From the IMG/VR virus record IMGVR_UViG_3300020187_000012, positions 62,001 to 125,503 of that record: 63,503 nt of DNA, one strand, 5' to 3'. Position numbers and translations under genes: made by a program. The stretch's first letter is position 1; each line of letters opens with the position of its first letter. Positions 1-8,381 of this stretch are shown here, one piece after another. A model generated the notes under the pieces. It searched no databases. It had not been told where the DNA came from and saw only the letters and a list, made by a program, of their open reading frames with translations. The stretch comes from an uncultured virus (IMG/VR IMGVR_UViG_3300020187_000012) (taxonomy: Duplodnaviria > Heunggongvirae > Uroviricota > Caudoviricetes).

Positions 1-318
1 ATGTTGAATCAGGCAATGGTAGAGATTCCGTCTTATAGGCAGATTATTATTGAGCAGATTGCACAACTTAACATTAAGATTAAACAACAGGAGGGTAAGC
101 TGTCAAAAACCTACAAAAACTCGTACATCAAGTATTTTGAGTACGATTATAAATTAACAGACAAACAAAAGGAATCATTTTTAAAAGCTGATATGTCAGA
201 CGATAATATGATTTTAGGTTTGTTGACTACGCAGATGGATTTTTTGCGTGAATCGGTAAAGACTCTGGATAATATGAGCTGGGCCGTTCGTAATAAGCTG
301 CAATTACAGGGGCTGTAA
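1..318 (+). CDS. uvsY: UvsY-like recombination mediator (probably 5'-truncated by window edge)
   Basis: Small helical protein directly upstream of uvsW; C-terminal FLRESVKTLDNMSWAVRN resembles the UvsY C-terminus. Confidence 0.45.
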   Translation: MLNQAMVEIPSYRQIIIEQIAQLNIKIKQQEGKLSKTYKNSYIKYFEYDYKLTDKQKESFLKADMSDDNMILGLLTTQMDFLRESVKTLDNMSWAVRNKLQLQGL

Positions 319-344
319 CGAAAATAAAAAAGTTTCATTTATGA

Positions 345-1859
345 ATGGAGCTAACGTTAACTGAAGATAATCAGTTTTTAAGAATCGATGTTGCCACTGA
401 ACTAGAATTAGAACAGTTAAACATTTCGCTTACAAGAAGAATAGACGCATGGCGGTTCAATCCTTTGGTTAAAAAAGGGATATGGGACGGCTATGTTTCT
501 TATGTAAAAGATGATAAATGGATCCCTGCTGGTTTATGGCAAGAGGTCACGAAAGTCTGTAAACAATATAAATTCGATATAAAAATTCACGGTGTTACTA
601 GGCTTTTTGATAAGAATATTTCAGCGGAGGGTTTTGAAGAATGGGCTAATGAGTTTTTTGAGGGGCATCCTGATGGTATTAAACCAAGGGACTATCAAAT
701 TGAAGCGGCTTATAATATTTTAAAGTTTAGGAGGTCGCTTTCTGAATTAGCAACATCTGCTGGTAAAACACTTATTTCATTTTTAACAGTTGCTTACATG
801 CTTGAAAAAGAGAAGGCTAAGAAGATTCTATTTATTGTACCTAACGTATCACTTGTTGTTCAGGCGTCTGAGGACTTTAGTGAATACAATCATGAAAATA
901 GAGTTAAGATTCTTATTCAACAAATATATTCTGGTCAAAAGATTAAAGAAAACCGTAATATTGTTATTGGTACATATCAATCACTTGTTAAAAAACCTAA
1001 AGAATTCTTTGATGATTTTGAAGCTGTAATTGTTGATGAGACACATAAAGCTAAATCAAATTCAATTAAAACAATCTTACAGAAGTGTAGACATGCTACA
1101 TATAAATATGGGTTATCGGGTACAATACCTAAAGAAAATTCATTAGATAAGTTAACACTAATGTCACAGACTGGTCCTCTGATTACTGAGGTTAAAGCCG
1201 CATTCCTTCAAAAGGAGGGTCACATTGCTGGTTGTAATGTTAATATTATTGAAATGGATTACGCACCTGAATCAGCTAAAGAAGCCTTTATGGAATTAGC
1301 GACAAATAGGTATGAGTCAAAAGATGTTTTTCCATTAGAACAAAATTATGTTATTAACTCGCCGGGTAGATTAAACTTTGTTACTAAAGTTATTTCAAGA
1401 ATACCAAATAATTCATTGGTTCTATTTCACAGGATTGAACATGGTAAAAGACTTTATGAAGAATTAAGGCAGCGTTCAAATAAGCGTGTGTATTATGTTG
1501 ACGGTGGTACAAATACAGATATCCGTGAAGAGTATAAAGCAAAAATGGAAGCCGGTGATGAGGTTGTTATCGTTGCATCATATGGTACTTTTTCAACCGG
1601 TATTTCTATTAAAAAAATACATAACATTTTCTTTACAGAATCCTTCAAGTCTGAAGTGATAATTAGACAGTCAATTGGTAGGGGTTTAAGGCAACATGAA
1701 TCTAAAGATTCTGTTAATATAATAGACTTTGTTGATGACCTTCGATTTGATGAATGGCATAACTATTTATATAGACATGGTGTTGCTAGAAAGAAGATAT
1801 ACAAGCAAGAAAAGTTCAGTTATAAAGTCAAAAAAGTTAAATTTGAAGGAGATATATAA
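345..1859 (+). CDS. uvsW: UvsW-like SF2 DNA helicase
   Basis: PRDYQ Q-motif, ATSAGKT Walker A, DETH, GLSGT, QSIGRGLR motif VI. Confidence 0.93.
   Translation: MELTLTEDNQFLRIDVATELELEQLNISLTRRIDAWRFNPLVKKGIWDGYVSYVKDDKWIPAGLWQEVTKVCKQYKFDIKIHGVTRLFDKNISAEGFEEWANEFFEGHPDGIKPRDYQIEAAYNILKFRRSLSELATSAGKTLISFLTVAYMLEKEKAKKILFIVPNVSLVVQASEDFSEYNHENRVKILIQQIYSGQKIKENRNIVIGTYQSLVKKPKEFFDDFEAVIVDETHKAKSNSIKTILQKCRHATYKYGLSGTIPKENSLDKLTLMSQTGPLITEVKAAFLQKEGHIAGCNVNIIEMDYAPESAKEAFMELATNRYESKDVFPLEQNYVINSPGRLNFVTKVISRIPNNSLVLFHRIEHGKRLYEELRQRSNKRVYYVDGGTNTDIREEYKAKMEAGDEVVIVASYGTFSTGISIKKIHNIFFTESFKSEVIIRQSIGRGLRQHESKDSVNIIDFVDDLRFDEWHNYLYRHGVARKKIYKQEKFSYKVKKVKFEGDI
1851..1858 (+). promoter_or_regulatory. 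Putative late promoter GATATATA
   Basis: Recurrent octamer upstream of virion genes. Confidence 0.7.
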
Positions 1860-1900
1860 CAATAAGATATAATACTATCAAAATAAAACATTATAATATA

Positions 1901-3730
1901 ATGAAAAAGATTGAATCATTTAAAAGTTTTTCTCAATTACAAAATGAAATCAGAGAAGAGGCTAGATTAAAAGAAGTTGCATCTAAAAGAGACGCTACAG
2001 TTTCTGAGTTTAACGCTCTTTTACAAAAGTACAATGCGGCATCAGTTGCAGACTTAAACGAAGAAGATAGAGACGCATTCATGGCTGAACTTACCAAAGA
2101 AGGTAATGCTTTCGGTGCAGCAAGAGCGGAAGCTATTGCTAAAGGTGAAGAAGAGTTTAAGGTTGGCGACGAAGAAATGCCGGTTAAAAATGTAGATAAA
2201 GAAGACGAAGAAAACGCTGAAGAGTTTGTTAAAGAGTCAACATTTGAATCAATAGTTACTGAAGGCAAGCACGACGAGATGCTAGATAAAGTTGCAGATG
2301 CTGTAAAAAATGCATCAAACTTTATGAACGTTGGTATTGCACTTAAAGATGCAGGTATCAAGTACGATTTTTCAACAGGCATGATGCCAATCTATAGGTT
2401 GAAAAAATACCCTATCGCTATTGTAAACAAAAAGTATGTTGACAAAGGTGACAGAGAAGTTGGCGATATCGCGATCGGTGTAATGGAATCACTTACTAAA
2501 TCGCTAATCACTGAAGCACTGGATGCACGTTCTCAAAAAGACGCGGTTAGAGGTTTAGCAGCTATTAATAAATTTATGACAGCTCACCCTGCATTTGCAA
2601 GTGGTAATGCAGTAGCTGACCAAACAATCGGTTGGTTATTAAAAGAGGCCCTTAAAGCCGCGATGATTGACGCTAACTTCCACAGAGAAGCTAATCAAGC
2701 TGCAAAAGCAATTAACTTTGCAAACTTTCAAGCACCAACTATCTTTGTTAAAGAAATGGGTGGTATGCCAATCCAGATTAGCAAGAAGCTGATGATGGAA
2801 AAAGTATATGAATTAGGTGCTGAAATCGCAAGAGGTGTTAAATACAATGGTTACGCTATTATTGAAGCTGTTGCACTTTACATGGAGTCTAGATTTAAAA
2901 AGAATTCATCTGCATCAAATCTAAGAGATGCACTTATTAAATTTATGGGTGAAGCTGTAGAAGCTAATAATCTAGAGCAAAGAATCAATGAAGGTTCAGC
3001 GTTTAATTCGGCAAGACTAAAAGCTATTGCTGACGATAAAGATGAATTTGAATTTGATGGTAAAACTTATCCAGTAAAATCTGTTGATAAGGAAGATGAA
3101 GAACTTGCTGATGATTTAGTAGGTGAAAGTAACAAAACTATAGATGCTAGTACATTCGGCGACGACAAATTACGTTATAATGATCAATTTAGAGGTGCTA
3201 CTAGCCTTGCTAAAACATTAGCAAGTGAATTAGGATTTGATCCAAACAAACCTTGGACTGAAGGTATTGGTTTTGATGATAAATCAATGTATGCTATTGG
3301 TGACAAAGAAGGAACTATTTCAAATAAAGCACTAACAGGTAAATATACATATGCTGATCTTTTAGCAATGGCTAAAGATTTTTTAGGAATCAATGAATCA
3401 GAAGATAAAGAAGATGCTGATGATGTAGTCGATGAGGCTAGATACGATGATATAAAACTTAAAGAATTTGCAGAATTTATCAAAAAAGCTGAAGGTAAAA
3501 GGGTTATGCTAACAACAACTGAATTTGATGGTACATCTAAGGTTGAGGGTAGGCTTCAAAAAAGTTCATCAGGTTATCATAAAATTGATTACATGAGCTT
3601 TGATTTTAAAGATGAAATGAATACTATCAAAAAGGGTGACGGCATGATTATGGGTGTTAGGTCTGGTGAATTCCTTAAGTACAATATCGGTGGTAAAAAC
3701 GGTTCTCAATTTTTAATCGAGGTACTATAA
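1901..3730 (+). CDS. Putative capsid-internal modular protein (polyprotein-like)
   Basis: N-terminal KKIESFKSF motif; repeated ES-x-x-x-E(A/G) linkers; duplicated AF..AR..AIA module. Confidence 0.6.
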   Translation: MKKIESFKSFSQLQNEIREEARLKEVASKRDATVSEFNALLQKYNAASVADLNEEDRDAFMAELTKEGNAFGAARAEAIAKGEEEFKVGDEEMPVKNVDKEDEENAEEFVKESTFESIVTEGKHDEMLDKVADAVKNASNFMNVGIALKDAGIKYDFSTGMMPIYRLKKYPIAIVNKKYVDKGDREVGDIAIGVMESLTKSLITEALDARSQKDAVRGLAAINKFMTAHPAFASGNAVADQTIGWLLKEALKAAMIDANFHREANQAAKAINFANFQAPTIFVKEMGGMPIQISKKLMMEKVYELGAEIARGVKYNGYAIIEAVALYMESRFKKNSSASNLRDALIKFMGEAVEANNLEQRINEGSAFNSARLKAIADDKDEFEFDGKTYPVKSVDKEDEELADDLVGESNKTIDASTFGDDKLRYNDQFRGATSLAKTLASELGFDPNKPWTEGIGFDDKSMYAIGDKEGTISNKALTGKYTYADLLAMAKDFLGINESEDKEDADDVVDEARYDDIKLKEFAEFIKKAEGKRVMLTTTEFDGTSKVEGRLQKSSSGYHKIDYMSFDFKDEMNTIKKGDGMIMGVRSGEFLKYNIGGKNGSQFLIEVL

Positions 3731-3760
3731 AAAAGTTTTAAAAAAGTTTGACATATATTT

Positions 3761-3789
3761 TTTTATGTCATTCTTTTTTTGTATATTTA
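3761..3789 (+). promoter_or_regulatory. Putative early promoter (T-rich TGTC-N12-TATATT)
   Basis: Same motif and spacing at three sites in the window. Confidence 0.55.
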
Positions 3790-3793
3790 CAGT

Positions 3794-4096
3794 ATGAAAC
3801 ATATAAAGCTATTTGAAGCCTTCTTATCTGAAGGTGTATTTAACACATATAATGAACTTGTAGGATACGAGTACAGGGAGTTTGTAGACGCTTTTAAGAA
3901 GCTTGACAAAGATAATGTAGTTACATACGATAAGAAAGAAGATGTTGAGTACGGTCATAAGAAAGGCTCTAAGGAAGCACTTTGGAAGTACTTTAAAGAT
4001 GCTGGTAAAATCTACCATTCAGAAAAAGACAAAGATGTATTAGGTTTGATTAACGCATTTGATATGGTTAAAAGAAACCACCCTTGGTCAAAATAA
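3794..4096 (+). CDS. Small putative capsid-internal protein
   Basis: ATG at 3794 gives MKHIKLFEAFLSE, a capsid-targeting-like N-terminus. Confidence 0.65.
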   Translation: MKHIKLFEAFLSEGVFNTYNELVGYEYREFVDAFKKLDKDNVVTYDKKEDVEYGHKKGSKEALWKYFKDAGKIYHSEKDKDVLGLINAFDMVKRNHPWSK

Positions 4097-4108
4097 TAAA
4101 TTAACGAA

Positions 4109-4963
4109 ATGAAAAAAGTAAGATTATTTGAAAGCTTCATTGGTGAAGCATCTCGTGGTAAAATCCACAAGGCAGTTAAAGCTGGTGATTATCCAGCAAC
4201 TATTGTTGTTATCGAAGATGGTGATGTAGTTCACCAAGAAACTGTTAATACACCTGAAGCTGTACCTGCATCATTTAATGTTCTTCAAAAAGAATATCCA
4301 AAGGCTAAACTTCACGTTGAAGATAAAGGTGGTCAAACACTTTTTGTTGAAGGTCTAGAAGTTAATGAATCGTATTCCCTACAACATGGCGGCGGTGAAT
4401 TCAAGCAAATGGACAGAAGAGTGAACGATGCTGATAAAATTGGAGTAGGAAATGCACTTGCTAAAATATGGAACTCTTTAGGTGTTGCAGATGGTGATTT
4501 TGACCATGAACAAGCTTGGGCATATGTAGTTTCTTTTATGGACGGTTCTTCTAAATTTCGTAGATTGCTAGAATCATTTAATTCAACTGACGATTCTGAA
4601 GTTAATGAATCTAATATAATGAACTCTTACTATTTTACTAGCCCTGCTGAATTCGGTCAATTCTCATCAGACGCTCCGGCTAAAGATGAAACTAAATATT
4701 TAGTGATGGCTACGAACAAAGCAGACTTTAATGGTCAAACTATTAGATTAGAAGGAGCTATTAGAATGGGGTCTTCAACTAGTAAAAGTATTATTGGTGT
4801 TTATGATGATGAGCAGTCTGCAAGAGACGCTTATAAAGCTGCAATGAAAAAACCAGAAGGAACTATGGTTTCTTTTACAATGGGAACAGTTGTTGGTGAA
4901 ACTAAATTCAGATCTCAATATACTGAAATCGAAGGGTATTTAGCAAAAGTTAAAGTAAAATAA
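4109..4963 (+). CDS. Putative capsid-internal modular protein
   Basis: MKKVRLFESFIGE N-terminus; internal EVNES linkers twice. Confidence 0.6.
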   Translation: MKKVRLFESFIGEASRGKIHKAVKAGDYPATIVVIEDGDVVHQETVNTPEAVPASFNVLQKEYPKAKLHVEDKGGQTLFVEGLEVNESYSLQHGGGEFKQMDRRVNDADKIGVGNALAKIWNSLGVADGDFDHEQAWAYVVSFMDGSSKFRRLLESFNSTDDSEVNESNIMNSYYFTSPAEFGQFSSDAPAKDETKYLVMATNKADFNGQTIRLEGAIRMGSSTSKSIIGVYDDEQSARDAYKAAMKKPEGTMVSFTMGTVVGETKFRSQYTEIEGYLAKVKVK

Positions 4964-4964
4964 C

Positions 4965-6251
4965 ATGAAACTACTCCATACATATAAAGAGTTCTTATTT
5001 GAAAAGACACAAAACCTATTTGAAGGTGAACTTATTATGGAAGGTGGCGCAGCAGGTCATATGATGCACCCATTTGATGATAAGGAACTTACATTTGATG
5101 ACTTTAGAAAGTTTATCGAAGCAGGGCTTCAAGGTGAAATGACTTTTGATGAAGAGCCAACGGAAAAGACTGACGGTCAAAATGTATTTGCTACAGTTAA
5201 GAATGGCGAAGTTCTTTTTGCTAGAAATAAAGGACAGTTAATGGCACCTTTAAGTTTAGCTGGTATTACTAAGATGTTCAAGGACCATGGTTCTGAACTA
5301 GTTAGAGATACATTTACATTTGCAGCTAGAGACTTAACATCTTCATTATCAAAGTTAAGTGCTGATGATCAAATGAAGTACTTTAACGACGGTAAAAACT
5401 TTATGAATATGGAGCTTATCTATTCACAAAACCCTAACGTTATTAATTACGATAGAGACGTTATTCAATTCCACGGTATTAAAGAAACTGATGGTGAAGG
5501 TAACATTACAGGTGATATGGGTGCAAGGTCGGCTAAAGACATTGCAAAGTTACTAGACGCTGTTAATGCAAGAATGGGTAAAGTATTTAATATTATACCA
5601 CCGCAAGTACTTAAGCTACAGAAAGATGTAGACTTTGAAGCTAAGAAGCCTTATTTTATGAAGAAGGTTGATGCACTTCAAAAGAAGTACAAGCTAGCTG
5701 GTCATGATGAAGTTTCAAGATACCACGAAATGTGGTGGAGAGAAGAGATTGAAAAAACATTCTCGGGATTAACACAAGATGTTATAGAAGGTCTGCTACA
5801 AAGATGGGCATATGACAACAAATCAGCGCTACCATTTACTAAATTAAAAAAGTCAATAGATGCAAAGCAAATGCAGGCTATTAAAGACTACGATAAAATT
5901 TCAGGTGCTAAGTATAAAGAAAACATTAGACCGTTTGAAGACCTATTCTTAGAATTAGGTTCTGTTATATTAAAGAATGCTTCTAACTTTGTTGCTGCTT
6001 CTCCAGATGCTGAAATGCAAAGACTACATAAGCAGATTAGAACTGAAGCTGATAAAATCAGAAAAGGTGATAATGTTGTACAGATTGAAAAGGTAGAAGC
6101 TGAGCTAGAGCGTTTAAATAGAATCGGTGGTGTTGAGTCAATCATACCGACTGAAGGTTTAGTGTTCAAGTATAATGGTAAAATATATAAACTAACGGGT
6201 ACTTTTGCTGCAATTAATCAGCTAATGGGTATCATTAAATATGGTAGATAA
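4965..6251 (+). CDS. RNA-ligase-like nucleotidyltransferase-fold protein (DUF6267-like), putatively virion-packaged
   Basis: EKTDGQN (KxDG motif I), EGLVF (motif IV), YKLTG (motif V); N-terminal HTYKEFLFE. Confidence 0.6.
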   Translation: MKLLHTYKEFLFEKTQNLFEGELIMEGGAAGHMMHPFDDKELTFDDFRKFIEAGLQGEMTFDEEPTEKTDGQNVFATVKNGEVLFARNKGQLMAPLSLAGITKMFKDHGSELVRDTFTFAARDLTSSLSKLSADDQMKYFNDGKNFMNMELIYSQNPNVINYDRDVIQFHGIKETDGEGNITGDMGARSAKDIAKLLDAVNARMGKVFNIIPPQVLKLQKDVDFEAKKPYFMKKVDALQKKYKLAGHDEVSRYHEMWWREEIEKTFSGLTQDVIEGLLQRWAYDNKSALPFTKLKKSIDAKQMQAIKDYDKISGAKYKENIRPFEDLFLELGSVILKNASNFVAASPDAEMQRLHKQIRTEADKIRKGDNVVQIEKVEAELERLNRIGGVESIIPTEGLVFKYNGKIYKLTGTFAAINQLMGIIKYGR

Positions 6252-6253
6252 TT

Positions 6254-6517
6254 ATGAAACACATTAAACTTTACGAACAATTCTTAAATGAATCAAGCAT
6301 ATCTAAAGATGGCTATGCTTTGAACCGCTTAGCAGATGATCAAGTAGGCGGTGTTCCAGCTACAGAGTTTCAAGAAGAACATAATTTAGATTTAGATGCC
6401 CTTAAAAGAGCAATTACACATACTAAAGAAATTACTAGGTATGAGTTAAGAGACATTATTAAAGGAACAGCCCCTAAATCAAAAATTAAAAAGTTCTTAA
6501 AAGAATTTTCAAAATAA
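6254..6517 (+). CDS. Small putative capsid-internal protein
   Basis: MKHIKLYEQFLNES N-terminus. Confidence 0.65.
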   Translation: MKHIKLYEQFLNESSISKDGYALNRLADDQVGGVPATEFQEEHNLDLDALKRAITHTKEITRYELRDIIKGTAPKSKIKKFLKEFSK

Positions 6518-6522
6518 ATAAT

Positions 6523-8361
6523 ATGGCACTTCAAAAGTTAAGAGATTATTTTAAAGAAACACCAAGAGAACAGTTTATGCAACTATTAAACCAAAAGGTT
6601 CATGTTGTAGAAAAACTAGCGGCTTCAGCATTTCATGTAAAGTCTGGTGATTTAAACAATAATTATTATAAATCAGGACAAACTCAACCTATTGATATTA
6701 TTGATAGAACGATTGTAGGTTTTTACGAACCTGCAATTTTGCATTTTAAAGGTTTGTCTAATGAAATTAAAGAAGAGATGCCAAAAGATTGGAAGTTTGG
6801 TTTTGATTATTTAATTGATGGTGAAACACCCAACTTTGAATATTCGCTACTTCCAAAAAACAATTTAGTGCTTACACATATTCAAGTGCTAAATCCACTA
6901 ACAGAAAATGTTAAGAAAGTTATTAGAGATACTAAAGTACTTAATAAGTGGGCTGATAAACTAGAGGTTCAAAGACCCCCAATTGTATTTGAAGGTCAAT
7001 TAAGATTTGATCAAAAAGAATCTTTAATTAAACTTCTTGAAATGACAGACCGCGAATTTACAACAACATATGAGTCTCGTTCATTTACAAAAGATTTATT
7101 TAACATATTTGATAAAAACGTTAGAAACTCAACACTTCAAGAAGGTTTAGATACCGATATTGACGGTCTTATAATTTCTTTTGTAGATGGTAAAAAAATG
7201 ACGCCATTTAAAATTGAAGATTTTAGAAGAGTTAATGAATCAAATACAGAAAGAAAGTCATCTGATATTTACCAGATTACAATTGTTGATTTAATTGAGT
7301 ATTTATCAAATTATGATTTTAAAAAGCACAGTTTAATTAAAGAGAAAAAAGACCTTAGATTTTTAGAGCTTATGTCTGAAGTATTTAATTCTTATATTAA
7401 AGAACACGCTACTAAATTTATTGGGGTTAACTTTGAAACTGCTGATTTTGCAAAAAAAGATGCGTTTAAGTTAAATACTGAATTTATTGAAAATCAACAA
7501 ACTCTTAAACTTATCGATAATAAAATTTTAAGTGAACTTTTTAAAATTACATTAAGCTCATTTAGAAGAGAAAGAACAAAAACTACAGATATTTTATCTG
7601 AAGATATGGTTAATCAAATGAATGAGATTGTTAAATCTATTGACGACCACGTATCTGCAAAAATAGAAGAAGGTGATGTGTTAGATTTTAATACTTATAA
7701 AAAGATGGATACAATTAATTCATCAATGAATGAAGCACTTAAAGTAGATTATCCAGAACATGGTAATAAACTTGTTAATATGTTTGTTGGTAGATTTCAA
7801 CCGTTTACATTAGGTCATGCTAAAGTTGTTAAAGCAATTCATCAACAAAACGGATATCCGGTTGTAATACTATTAGTTAAGGCTAAGAAGAAAAAGAAGG
7901 AAGATGCATTTAAGCGCCCTTACGATGAGGACACACAAATGGAAATGCTTAATAAACTTAAGAAAGAACTTCCAATTGAAGATGTATTTATTATACCAAC
8001 AGGTGGTATTGATACAATGTTCAATGCAATGAGACCTAAGTATGAACCAGTTTTATGGGGAACGGGTAGTGATAGAATGAAAACATATGGATTCCAGGTT
8101 AATAAAGAACCTTATAGAGAAGATTTAGGCGTTAGAGATGACTTTAAACTTTTTGAAATTCCAAGAACTGGTAATAATATTTCAGCTACTCAAGTTAGGA
8201 ATGCCATGTTAGACGGTGACGTGAAACTATTTAAAAAATTAACGCCAAAGGGTATTCATGGAATGTATGACGAATTAAAGTCTAGACTTGAAGCTTCTAT
8301 GGCAGTTGCTGAGAATGTTGAAACTATTTTAACATTTGAACAGTTTATTTCTAATATATAA
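6523..8361 (+). CDS. Fusion of degenerate ligase-like domain and C-terminal HIGH-family nucleotidyltransferase (cytidylyltransferase/NMNAT-like)
   Basis: VGRFQPFTLGH and ISATQVR motifs; N-terminal VEKLAAS and DGLIIS resemble decayed ligase motifs I and IV. Confidence 0.7.
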   Translation: MALQKLRDYFKETPREQFMQLLNQKVHVVEKLAASAFHVKSGDLNNNYYKSGQTQPIDIIDRTIVGFYEPAILHFKGLSNEIKEEMPKDWKFGFDYLIDGETPNFEYSLLPKNNLVLTHIQVLNPLTENVKKVIRDTKVLNKWADKLEVQRPPIVFEGQLRFDQKESLIKLLEMTDREFTTTYESRSFTKDLFNIFDKNVRNSTLQEGLDTDIDGLIISFVDGKKMTPFKIEDFRRVNESNTERKSSDIYQITIVDLIEYLSNYDFKKHSLIKEKKDLRFLELMSEVFNSYIKEHATKFIGVNFETADFAKKDAFKLNTEFIENQQTLKLIDNKILSELFKITLSSFRRERTKTTDILSEDMVNQMNEIVKSIDDHVSAKIEEGDVLDFNTYKKMDTINSSMNEALKVDYPEHGNKLVNMFVGRFQPFTLGHAKVVKAIHQQNGYPVVILLVKAKKKKKEDAFKRPYDEDTQMEMLNKLKKELPIEDVFIIPTGGIDTMFNAMRPKYEPVLWGTGSDRMKTYGFQVNKEPYREDLGVRDDFKLFEIPRTGNNISATQVRNAMLDGDVKLFKKLTPKGIHGMYDELKSRLEASMAVAENVETILTFEQFISNI

Positions 8362-8381
8362 TAAAATACAATTATAGCAAA

